Origin: Nemertoderma westbladi
Taxonomy: Eukaryota; Animalia; Xenacoelomorpha
Assembly: GCA_032718475.1 (NCBI GenBank)
Contig: JAUCBJ010008717.1
Coordinates: forward strand, 1 to 64,000
Direction of reading: 5' to 3'
Length of the DNA stretch: 64,000 nucleotides
Positions 48,101-58,251 of the stretch are shown one piece after another. The translations under genes were made by a program, and so were the position numbers. The notes beneath the pieces were generated by a model. That model did not search any database. It saw only the letters and a program-made list of their open reading frames with translations, and was not told the DNA's origin. The number at the start of each line of letters is the position of its first letter. Positions within the stretch are counted from its first letter, which is position 1.

Positions 48101-49105
48101 AATTGCAAGCGGCCATTCTGTTGGATAATCTTTGTTCCCGTTGTCAAAAATGAAATGACTCATATAATTTTTGTACTGCGAAGTACGATATTTGTGATCT
48201 TTCACTTTGCAACTAAATTTTGTAGCTATAATTGCCCATTTAAAACAATCATTATCAGCCGTTTGTATATTTATAACACATTTTTTATCTGATAGAGCCT
48301 TAGGTAACTCCATATATCCGTGTCCCTTATATAGTAACGACCTACACTTGGATTCAGCTACTTTAATTTCAACCCTTAATAAAGATTTAACGCGCCACCC
48401 TGAGCCACGAGTGTTAAACATGGCTATTTTTTGCATTAATTTTTCTAATACATACTCAAACCATGTGTCAAAACTTTCATGTGAATCTACGGTATTAACT
48501 GCACCGCCTGAAGAACTAAAATAGAAAGCTTCTTCTTGATCACCCTCTGAAAAATGTGATCGATACATGAGTATATTCACACCTAGCCAGGGTCTAAGTA
48601 CATTCATTTCGCTAAGTTTTCCTAATAATAAAGTTTGGATGTGAGGTAGAATTTTAATTAATGATGAATGAATATCAGGAAAATCTTCATCATCTGGAAG
48701 ATTGTAAACATAGATTTCTAAACGGTTATCGTGTGCGGCTCGTTCGATGTTAAAAATTGATGAACCTTGACCAGATTTCAGTCTTTTTCTAGATACCATA
48801 GTATTGTTTTGGTTCCGTTGTGGTGGTGGTGGTCTAACATGATAATAACGTTGGTGACAGTCGTGACGTAAGTAATTCTCATATAAATACTCTTTATTAC
48901 AAGTAGGGCAAGTTTTTTCATACACGCAAAACTTCATTTCTTTACATCCCGTAGTCGACTCATGTCGTTTACATATTTCTTCACGTGAACATTTCACACG
49001 ACAATTAAAACAATTGTATTCTTCAAAATGAGATTTCACATGTGTTAAATAATTTCGTTTAGAAATTTGAAGAGGACAAAATGGACATTTTAATTGTTTA
49101 TCCAT
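45080..49105 (-). CDS. Protein-primed family B DNA polymerase (pPolB) with N-terminal zinc fingers and an endonuclease VII-like insert
   Basis: GSGW, CFKWAI, exo YFDIES, HHSHITG..IAAACNACN, HN...YDLHF, KGIFPYEY, DSNSLY, KLLNNSLFGK, SDTDS, RPKLYS, AKG; 1341 aa intact. Confidence 0.96.
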   Translation of the reverse strand: MDKQLKCPFCPLQISKRNYLTHVKSHFEEYNCFNCRVKCSREEICKRHESTTGCKEMKFCVYEKTCPTCNKEYLYENYLRHDCHQRYYHVRPPPPQRNQNNTMVSRKRLKSGQGSSIFNIERAAHDNRLEIYVYNLPDDEDFPDIHSSLIKILPHIQTLLLGKLSEMNVLRPWLGVNILMYRSHFSEGDQEEAFYFSSSGGAVNTVDSHESFDTWFEYVLEKLMQKIAMFNTRGSGWRVKSLLRVEIKVAESKCRSLLYKGHGYMELPKALSDKKCVINIQTADNDCFKWAIIATKFSCKVKDHKYRTSQYKNYMSHFIFDNGNKDYPTEWPLAIKLFEKQNSAYIINLLLYENNRVSILRQAPFSKITPDKELLNILLVKNKNTSKQSHYVCITNLNRMMNTRSKHIGCRKFCERCLSPFYSKDVLERHRLTCYRGKSQVEKLPSEKRTHISFRNLDRTLPALFVIYFDIESILEPATNSKFIQNHIPCAVSYLIVPSSELINPPKFYLKTFTKTIDNNCIQDFLDSVYNDITQLYKWAEDHTHEKMILNDVDKLSFWKAKTCFYCNVLFKDKSEKNKHHSHITGNYIAAACNACNRSLSLKRHMYILAAHNCNLYDLHFLLQVGFTNNRYSDWDIKVIPKNSERYISLSMHIPVKGSTTKIELRVLDTYQFLSFSLSTLVDCSTKDIDSEDITSVLPITEQQMKYFYPNLNNATIKRKGIFPYEYLTDLNKFNDSKLPSIDKFYSKLTQNTCTPEEYSFANASWSQFDCVNLKDYLLAYLKLDVCLLADIFENFRRVCRQNYELEVVYYCSIAAFTYDCALKYNKCKLTLIKDYQTYRDFEASIRGGVSFCRKHYIESNIPDTDNYDPSKEECHIFNIDSNSLYSGNLSKKLPVSGFEQVNVTYLENAAPEELIKYLSNLDTEGDIGFFLICDLKYPKDIHDRTLELPLAPEHLSINETMLSPYMREQYNNVCKQRGTNSNYKMCVPKLMLTQFDKEFYHVNLKLLKFYIKHGLIVTKLHKLYSFQQEFVFKNYIDLNINQRRLAKSYIETAVAKLLNNSLFGKTIEKIRDRCNFRIANSKEKCDLLVKRINHENFMIYNDSLSGHLLVKDSVTLDKPVYIGSTVLDLAKLDMYELYYDKLLPIEKELNCRIEIVASDTDSLIGCYYNTSQNNFLKALIKNNILDTSNYPKDHPLYSDKNKSKLYYCKDELASREIKQAVFLRPKLYSILEWNDSNIRRAKGITRAVVDKNICHEDYLRAYNSNEEIAKEIHQFQSKLHKVYTIARDKFALSAFDDKLYWINKNHSLPWGHYQTKVEKPMKKNNIPIYREPNNELSDSQ

Positions 49106-49671
49106 CTCTTTATTATCCTAAAAACAATTTAAAATTAATATGAATATTGTTATATATATATATATATAATCAAATAAATTCATAAGCTACTCAACACAAA
49201 TAAAATATAATATCTAAACTTTAATTAATTTAATATTTTCAGAATGAGATCGATTGAATCAGTTGAGCTCTTTATATATATATATATATTTCAAGTTTCT
49301 ACTTATACCAACCAATCATAAATAACAGTTACATTGGAAACTAATATCATAAATAAAGTTGCTTTTACAACTGAATTCTTTATAATAAAATCAAGTCTAA
49401 ACCAAGATGTGCCTAATGCGTTTTTAATTTTCATTGATAAAGTAGGTTTTACATGCAAATGTTTTATTATGGTGGTGTAAACTCACACATTTACATGCGA
49501 ATGTTTTATACCTAATCCCGTGCTCACATTAAATATAAACTATCACCAATATTTACTCAATAAAGTCACCTTTACATGCAAATACTTTATAATAATCACG
49601 CTTTGTGATAAAAAGTTACCTTTACAAGTCAGTGTGAAACTGAAAAAGAAAAGTCTCTAGTTAATAATAAA

Positions 49672-50718
49672 TCAATCTGATACTGTTTTTATATGTTCCT
49701 TATTGTAATCTGCTACCTCTTCACTTGCTTTTGTAACTTTTATTTTCTTTGTAGGTATAGAATCATTGTTGGGAATGGAAGATGTTTGAGATGTAGATCT
49801 GCGCTTTCTATCACTCGAGGTCTCTTCGATGTATGTCTTTGGATTAAATGTGGATGAAACTACTTCTGGAAATGACTTATTATCCTTAAACTTCCAAGTT
49901 GGTGGATATAGAATCACGAAACCGTCTGCTATATCAGTTGATGAAACCTTTAACATCATATCGTAGAGAAACTCTATATATGGTATGTCTTTATCGTAAT
50001 GTAACTGTAAATATTTGCTTTCCTTGTCTGTAATAATTACTTTTTTTTCTTGTACATTTATTTTTACTTTAAGTCGGTCAGATAAAGCTACTTTATCGTC
50101 CGTATCTAGCTCTGAAAAGACACCTTCGTTACTAATTTCATAATTCCATTCAAACCACAATGAATTTACTTCCGATGCTGTTAAGTTAAACCCATTATAA
50201 TACCTAAGACCAATAGCATCAGAATATCTAGCTGAAATCTCCCATAGTCCCATATAAGTCGCTCCTTTATATTTGCTTACAAAACCAACAAAAGATGGGT
50301 TGGTTAAATTAACAACATAACACTGATTTATTATTTCGAGTGGTGGTGATAACAATTCTAATATTTCTGTCTTACTCTGAAGCAATAAATTAATGAGTGA
50401 TTTGTTTAGAATTTGACATTTGCCTTGCTTCTGAATATATACGTTTTCAGTAATAACACAGGTGGAAATATTTAACTTTCCTCTTGTAAATTCTATATTA
50501 GGATAAATATTACCTCTTGAAACTGGTGATTCCTTTTGTCGGTTGAATAATATTTCTAAGACATCTAGAAGGTAGAGTGTATCCTGGTAAGAGAAGCATG
50601 TTGTTACATTGCTATCGCTTGAGAGTAATATAAAGTACTTGCCATAAACAATACTACAGGTATATTTATTAAATGTAAATTTCCAAGTATTGCTTGAAGT
50701 TTTTTTAAATAAATCCAT
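49672..50718 (-). CDS. Polinton hypothetical protein (348 aa) with a possible PC4-like ssDNA-binding domain
   Basis: FVSKYKGATYMGLWEI...YNGFNLTASEVNSL resembles PC4 VSVRDFKGKVLIDIREY...KGISLNPEQWSQL; basic NLS-like tail. The ORF is solid; the domain call is tentative. Confidence 0.5.
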   Translation of the reverse strand: MDLFKKTSSNTWKFTFNKYTCSIVYGKYFILLSSDSNVTTCFSYQDTLYLLDVLEILFNRQKESPVSRGNIYPNIEFTRGKLNISTCVITENVYIQKQGKCQILNKSLINLLLQSKTEILELLSPPLEIINQCYVVNLTNPSFVGFVSKYKGATYMGLWEISARYSDAIGLRYYNGFNLTASEVNSLWFEWNYEISNEGVFSELDTDDKVALSDRLKVKINVQEKKVIITDKESKYLQLHYDKDIPYIEFLYDMMLKVSSTDIADGFVILYPPTWKFKDNKSFPEVVSSTFNPKTYIEETSSDRKRRSTSQTSSIPNNDSIPTKKIKVTKASEEVADYNKEHIKTVSD

Positions 50719-51157
50719 AATTAGAATGAAAACTATTTTGAAAAATAAAAACTAAATAAATGATTATTAGATTGTAAAACTTCTGTTTATATGGTTGCTT
50801 TAATACAGCAGAGTGACTTACAGTGAGGAATATAGTAGATTCGTGTAACAGATGCAACGTGTACAGCTAAATTTATTACATTAGCGTGAGTTAGAGAGTG
50901 AAATAGCAGTAACGTGTAACAGATGCAACGTAATCAATGCTAGCCCTATCATTCTAACTTATATTCAACTTAGTTGATCGATCAGTTACATCGATAAAAT
51001 AAATCGATTATTATTAATAGTCGAATTAATGTATTCTACGCTATAGTAATTATGTTAAGGAACTAGATGCTATTTATAAACATCTGCTACCACTGATGAA
51101 GATGAAGAATTCAATGACTATGGTATAACTCGGATATTTATCGCCTTTTTCTCTCGA

Positions 51158-51231
51158 GGTTGGATGGAAGAGTGATTGGTGAGTTGTGAGGAGTTATATT
51201 GGTCCCGGGTTCGAACCCTGTTGAATATTTT
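51158..51231 (+). ncRNA. Candidate tRNA-like Pol III (type 2 promoter) small RNA inside the Polinton
   Basis: A-box-like GATGGAAGAGTGATTGG, consensus B box GGGTTCGAACCC, then TTTT; no convincing cloverleaf. Confidence 0.3.
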
Positions 51232-51419
51232 GTTATCTGAAAAATTGCAAAATTAAATTTAGTTACTGGTGAAAAATAGTAGAAGTTACCTGTAGACATC
51301 TCTAGCATCTGTAAGATAAAGGTGGTTGGTGAATATGAAAAATACTGGTTGTTGAAAAATTGCGAAATGAAAAATAGTAGAAGTTACCTGTAGACACCTC
51401 TGAACACCTGTAAAATAAA

Positions 51420-51739
51420 GGTTGGTGAAAAATTGCGATTTGAAAAATAGTAGAAGTTACCTGATGCTAAGTGTAGACACCCGAACACCTGTAAAATAAA
51501 GGTTGGTGATTGGATGCAGTACTAGCGTTGGGTGACTAATAACGCCTCTAGCGGAAGATGCGGGAACTTGAGAAGTTACCATGGTTACGGATGAAATGCT
51601 GACATCTGATTGGTTGAAATAATAACGACCACCGCTAAAGGTTGAAATGGTGGCTTCTGATTGGCTGCAGTACCAAAAATGGATGGTAATGATGGACTAC
51701 GGGTGACCATGGCTGAGTATCATAGCTTCCTATACTACT
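51420..51739 (-). repeat. Right TIR of the Polinton, preceded by subterminal partial repeats (~51240-51420)
   Basis: Reverse complement of 33900-34219; AAAATAGTAGAAGTTACCTG recurs three times nearby. Confidence 0.95.
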
Positions 51740-53049
51740 TAGGTTACAGGCAACTTCCAAGAGAAAGAAGAACGATAAGAAGAAGCAAGTGTCTATAACT
51801 ATTGACTTTAATGACTAATAATAACTGATTGACCAAAAACAATTAGAATATTAAAACGAGAACTGCCGAATACGATAAAAGTTTAATTATTATTTAAAAA
51901 ATTATTTATAAATTGTATCATAACAAATGATTGACTAAACAGTAACCAATACAAGAACTGCCGAATATCATAAAAGTTTAATTATTAATTAAAAAATTAT
52001 TTATAAATTGTTTTTTATTTGTATTGGTTACTGTTTAGTCAATCATTTGTTATGATACAATTTATAAATAATTTTTTAAATAATAATTAAACTTTTATCG
52101 TATTCGGCAGTTCTCGTTTTGAATATTCTAATTGTTTTTGGTCAATCAGTTATTATTAGTCATTAAAGTCATTAGTTATAGACACTTGCTTCTTCTTATC
52201 GTTTTTTACATTTTGAATGAAACATAATTCCAGGGTATATACCCCCCCCCCCCCTCCTCCTCCTATGCCTTAATATGGCTATGTCAGAGTGAAAAGCGGG
52301 AGGCAACCTAAAGAGTCTATATTCTTTCTCTTGGAAGTTGCCTGTAACCTACCTCATCAATTGCAGGTTGATTTAACTAAGATGTGCCAATAATGCTCCC
52401 ACAGGAACCATCAGCTATTACGAAAAGCCCGATAAGTGTCAATCATCTAAGTAATCTTCAGGAAAACCAATTTCATAATATTATAATAGCCGATTTTTCT
52501 GGAGTCCAGCCAATGGCATTCTAGAACGGTTTATGTAGCACAATGTAGCGACGTCATTAAGTACGCTGATTTGCCAACCCTGCGAGTTGGTAAATATTCG
52601 GATTCTAGGCCTGAGACGGTATTATGATGGGGGGTGGTAGTGCTGGTGTCAAGTCTAGCATGTCAAGTCAAGTATATCAAAATAAATTAGAAATTAGAAC
52701 CTTAACATTCCTACACCATTCCTGAATATAGTGTCTTTATTTTAGTGTCGATATTATATTGCACCAGTTGCGCCGTTATTCTTCGTATTTATAGTGAATT
52801 CTGGGTTCCAAAGGAAAAGTATCATGGAAGCGTGTTAGAAAACGCGGCTAAAAGCGCGGGAAAAACGCCTCAACGAAAATGGTCTTCAGTAGGCCTAGTG
52901 CAAATTATTATTTTTTTTTCGACCTTTGGCGTTTTATAGACTTCAATTGACGAAATAGTTCCATTATGCGATTAAGTGGTGACATTAAAAAAATGTAAAC
53001 TTACAGAATGTAGTAGTCATCCATAAGCCTGTTGAATCACTAAACTTGA

Positions 53050-54070
53050 CATATTTATTTATTTAATTCATATCGTACATTATACAAAAACAAAATATAT
53101 AAGTACAGAGTTGTAGGCCCTACGTAAAATAGCACAAATAACAATAAAAAGCAATACATAGAATAGCAATACAAGAGTAAATGAGACATCGACAAGTGAT
53201 TAATTAGCACATATATTTAAAAAATAGCATTAATTTCCTCCAAACTGAAACCGGGAATTTCTAAAAGACCTAAATTATAATCTACAATTTCTCTACAAAG
53301 CGGAATTATTGAATTGGAACGATTGTCAGGGTACCACGTAACTGAATTACAAACATGCTTAGACACGGAACTGAAATCTACGTTACATTTTTACTACAAA
53401 TGCGCCCCAAATTAGCACCAGAAACTGTACGACAATCAAACAAACTTAGTGAAGCTAAAAAATATAAGGAAGGTTTATTACTAGTGGGTGTACAAAAGGC
53501 ACAATACCCTCAACTATGTAACGATGGGTATTTACCGGTAATCCCCACACCAAACGTACATTAATTTGCCATGATGTCAGTAAACGTATATCATCTGACC
53601 AAAGATCCCACAGAGTACTGCCATAAAAACTAGTACAGTAAATACGCTGCAAAACTGATAAACAATGCGGATGTGAAAAATAGAATTCCCTACGTAAGCT
53701 CACCAATTTACCTATAAATTTACCACGTTTAACTGTAATGTCTGCACCAAATTTACCACTGAAATGAAAAACATTACCTAAGTGTGTTGCCTGTTTAACC
53801 CACGGCAATACTGTATTGTTAAGTAAATATTACAGTTAGGAGGTGACCAAGAAAAACCGAAAGGAATGCACTTACTTTTGCTTTTGTTTGGGTCCGTGTT
53901 GGTACTAAAAGACATTGTTTTCGGCCGCGAAATTACTACATATATTCAACATTTTCTGTAAACCAGCAATAGACGGACACAATAGTAAAATGTCGTCGGC
54001 GTACACTAAAACCCCAAAATACCTAGATCCAATGTGGCACCCAATTCCAGATTCCCTAAGACGCACAACA
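53050..54070 (-). mobile_element. 5'-truncated degenerate LINE (RT C-terminal part)
   Basis: LRESGIGCHIG...VYADDILLLCPS..GLQKML, HLG, YCTSFYGSTLWDL; boundaries approximate. Confidence 0.82.
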
Positions 54071-54129
54071 ATTGTAAGACGCATAATATAGAAAGATACC
54101 GGTACTAGGCCTATACAGTTTTTATCCTT

Positions 54130-57100
54130 TTGAGTCAGACTACAGCCAGACAGCACAATGTCACCGCTCTTAATCTCCATAGTTTTCATCGTTCTGGGTC
54201 GTTTCGTTGTGGCAGAACCATCCGATCCGCGGGGTAACCCTGCAACCCACCCAATACCCATATTGGACTGGTTTGCCGAACACCCTGTCGCTACCGTTTC
54301 GAACTGCCGCGCCGAATCGACGGAGATGTGGTTGACGAGTGGATTTAGCCTCTACTGCTCTCGTCGGGGAAGAAGATCTTGTGTCTCCTCTCCACGATCT
54401 AGAGGCCTAATCGCTAAACTCTGTCTTCTGTCTCTGGCTGGGGATATTGAGACCAACCCTATGAGTCACCTATTAAGTCTAGCTCTTAAGGATCTGGAAT
54501 AGAATACTGGACTCAGCAGTGGCAGATTAAAATAACGGCTCATAAATGCTCTGTGCTTCATATCAGTACAGGTAGAATAGATTGTAATTACAGTAATGAA
54601 TACCATCTATGTGGTTCAAAATTGAGATATGATACATCTTGTAGGGATCTGGGTATAACTATAAGTACCGGTAGTGATTTAAAGTTTAACTTATACTTTA
54701 GGGAGATCAAATAGTTAATATGATATTCAGATGTTTTCATACTGGTAATTTAAACGCAATTCTTACTGCCTATAAGTCCTACGTGTGACCTATTCTAGAA
54801 TACTGTACTCCGGTTTGCTCACCCTTTCACTTTTGTACAATTGATTTAATTGAGCGTCTCCAACGGTACTTTACTCGTAGACTTTTTGCCCGTTGTAACT
54901 TAGGCCGTACAAGAAGTTATCTAAACAGGCTGAGAATCTTAGAACTACAGCCTTTAGAAGTACGAAGACATATTTTTGATCTTACAATGACTTACAACAT
55001 TCTACATCAACTTGTTGATCTACTGCAAGAATTTTTTTTTACTTTTGCAAATACGGTGCGGTGCAATAGAGGACATTCTTATAAACTTTTTAAACGTTTT
55101 ACTAGATTAGAGATAACTAAGTATTCCTATTCAAACCGTGTAGTAAGTGTATGGAACGATTTACCGTCAGACGTAGTTATGGCAGTCAATATTAATGTTT
55201 TTAAGAACTTGTTAAAAAAAGTAGATCTTTTACCTTATTGTAGTTTTGATAGATTTTTGGATTAGTAATTTTTACAATATATAAGAAACATGTATTTTAG
55301 TATTTTAATTTAACGATATTTTTAAGTGCAATTGTTGCCCGTAAGTGTCCTTGTAACCTGGGTGATGTTCTCCCTTTTAATTAAATTTTATATGTTAATG
55401 ATTAATAAAAGAGTGTATTATTATTATTATTATTATAACCCAGGACCCAGCAGGACGCGGGCCCTGAAGATCAACTGTCCCGCCTGTCAACGAGGAACAA
55501 ACTCTCGGAGTAAGATCGTCCAATGCGAGAGTTGTGACACATTAGTACATTTAAAATGTTACCGTAGGGCGTAGGAAAAACAGTAATTTATTCTCCACCT
55601 GAAACAATCTTGAGCCAAGTTTTCTCTGCAATAGCTGTATTTTTACCGAACTTCCCTTTCATGATACAATTTTAGAATCAGAAACCGACGATTCATTCCT
55701 CACATCGCCTCTGCAAACTCCAAGTGATGCTGAGAGTGAAACTTTTAAATTTTTTAAGAAAAAAGGTCTGCATTTTTTGCATTTAAATGCACGATCTATG
55801 CTTCCCAAACTTTCCGAAATTCGTATTTTAATCAATAAATCCAACCCAGCAGTTTTAACAATCTCTGAAACTTGGCTCGATGATAGCGTTTCTGATGGAG
55901 AAATTTATATTGATAATTACGTTGTTTTACATAAGGATAGGGACAGACACGGTGGTGGTGTCTGTACTTACATTCGATGTGATTTAGCTTTTAATCGTAG
56001 GGAAGATTTAGAGTCTTGTGACGAAGTTTTACTGGTGGAACTTTTACTTCCTAAAACTAAACCTATTTTAATCGGTACTTTATATCGGCCTCCTAAACAA
56101 TCAGATTTTTTGCAAAATTTTGAAAATACAATTTTATGTAATCTTAGGTCAGACTGTGAAATATATTTCTTAGGTGATTTCAATATCTGTTACCATCACA
56201 AAGCATTCCCCATCTGTAAACAGTACCAAAGTATTTTAAATTTGTTTGGTTTAAAACAAATTATTCGAGATTCTACCAGAATTACCAGTAAAACTTCTAC
56301 TTTACTAGATGACATCCTTTGTAATAATACCGATATTATATCTCAATCTGGGGTTTTACCTATAGGTCTAAGCGATCATTTTATAGTTTTTTGCACAAGA
56401 AAGACACAACATTTTTTTTTCGGGGATCATAAAACAGTAACTGTTAGGTCTATGAAAAATTACAGCAAGGAACGCTTTTTAAGTTTGTTAGTTAATTCTG
56501 ACTGGGAACCCTGTTTTAAGGCCGCTGACATTAACCTTGCCTACACTGTTTTTAAAAATATATTTCTAAAGGCACTTAATACTGTAGCACCAATTAAAGA
56601 AATTAGTCTTAAACAACGCACTGAACCCTGGATGACCTCGGGTATTCTTAGTAATATCAGAGAAAGAGATAACTATTTGTATAAATTTAGGAAATACCGT
56701 GTTTTAGCTGATTATAATAATTACTGCAAATATAGAAACCTTGTCCAACAGGAAATAAAAAAAGCTAAATCTGAATATTTGTACAACAAAATAAGTGAGA
56801 ATAAAGATAATCCTAAAAGTCTATGGTCTACCCTAAAATCTTTAGGTTATAAAAACCTTAAATCTAAATCGAATATTGTTCTGCATGATAACGGTGAGCT
56901 GATTCATGATCATACTCTAGTTAGTAATTTATTTAATAATTATTTTACTAATGTTGCCTCTAATTTAGATAAGAAGTTACCGTTATCAAGTAATAAATAT
57001 AGGGTCCGAAACTCTAAATAATTTTTATTTAGAAAAGTTACAAAATTCAGAAAAGTTATTTTTAAAACCCGTTTCAGAGGATTTCGTTTTTCAAAATCTA

Positions 57101-58029
57101 CTTTGCCTATCAGCCTCAAAAAGTACCGGTCTAGACCTAATACCTGCCCGTTTTCTTAAGGATGGTGCTGAAGTACTTAAAGTGCCTATTACTTTTATTA
57201 TTAATTACTCTATCGTAGATAATGTAGTACCAGACGAACTGAAATTAGCTAAGGTTGTTCCTCTGTATTAAAAGAGTAGTAAAGTAGAACCCTGTAATTA
57301 CAGACCTGTTAGTATCATAAGTATTGTATCTAAAATTCTAGAACGTTCTGTTTTTCTACAGCTGGAAGCACATCTTAGTAGGCTAAATCTGATCTATGAA
57401 CTTCAGTCCGGCTTTCGTAAATCATATTCTACAGACACCTGCCTTATTAACTTAACTGATACAATTAGATGTAATAACGCAAAGGGTTTATATACTGGTA
57501 TGGTAATGTTGGACCTACAAAAGGCTTTCGATACTGTAGATCATGAAATTCTGCTTGGTAAGTTAGGCCTGATGGGTGTAGGTTCTATAGACTGGTTCAA
57601 GTCCTACCTGTCAGACAGAGGTCAAACTGTAATCATTAGCAAATCGCAGTCTACTGTACAAGAGATTACCTGTGGTGTACCGCAAGGTAGTATATTAGGT
57701 CCTCTGCTTTTTGTATGCTATGTAAATAATATGATAAGTAGTATAGATCCCGATTTTAAACTCATTTTATATGCCGACGACAGTGCTCTTATTTTCTCTC
57801 ATAAAGATCCTATCCATATTTCCCAAAAGTTAAGTGCAGTTCTAGAATCCTGTAATGAGTGGTTGGTTGATAATAAGCTATCCATTCACTATGGTAAGAC
57901 TGAAAGTATTTTGTTTGGTTCCAAAAGAAAGTTAAAGAAGGTAACTAAGTTTGAAGTCACTAGTAATGGACATTAGATTGAAAATAAAAAGGAAGTTAAA
58001 TATTTAGGCGCCACATTGGATAACGGCTT
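54130..58029 (+). mobile_element. CR1/L2-group LINE: hydrophobic leader, 2A-like motif, PHD finger, APE endonuclease and RT; interrupted twice
   Basis: AGDIETNP|GP; CPAC...QCESCDTLVHLKC; HLNARS, SETWL, GGGV, YRPP, GDFN, SDH (55777-57021); [25 protein letters not shown] (57500-58020); stops and frameshifts present. Confidence 0.9.
54460..55436 (+). mobile_element. 5'-truncated CR1-type LINE inserted into the 2A motif of the host LINE
   Basis: WQ..KCSVLHI, RDLGI, PILEYC, RGHSYKL, RVVSVWNDLP; AATAAA and (TAT)n tail; flanking AACCC duplication (54455-54459, 55437-55441). Confidence 0.88.
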
Positions 58030-58251
58030 TGTGACGGGATCGATGGATCCCGATTTATCCAGGTTGGGTTTCCTAATTTACGCGTCCCCGTCGTGTGTGT
58101 AAAAGGGTTAGTTTGAGAGTTCTGATATTCTTCGATCGATATATAGAATATAATATATAGTGATATAAACACAATTAATAGATAGTTAATAGTGAGCAAA
58201 ATGATGTACCGGTAATGTATACAGACAGTAGCGGACGACGGCGACGGTATT
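58030..58251 (-). repeat. 3' end of an LTR related to the 7348/20642 LTR family, inserted in the LINE and itself interrupted
   Basis: Reverse complement reads CACACACGACGGGGACGCGTAAA...ATCGGGATCCATCGATCCCGTCACA, as at the end of 20642-21204. Confidence 0.85.

Larger units (their letters stand above)
33900..51739. mobile_element. Polinton/Maverick (adintovirus-like endogenous virus), 17,840 bp, apparently complete
   Basis: AGTAGT...ACTACT termini, 320-bp TIRs, 6-bp TSD TAGGTT (33894-33899 and 51740-51745), pPolB, rve integrase, ATPase, protease, major and minor capsid genes. Confidence 0.97.
33347..52900. mobile_element. ~1.7 kb foldback (palindromic) non-autonomous DNA element with CACTA...TAGTG ends, split by the Polinton (parts 33347-33899 and 51746-52900)
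   Basis: 33347-33899 is the reverse complement of ~52346-52900; 51746-51954 mirrors 52019-52345 apart from a ~118-bp insert. No TSD recognised, so the superfamily is tentative. Confidence 0.75.
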
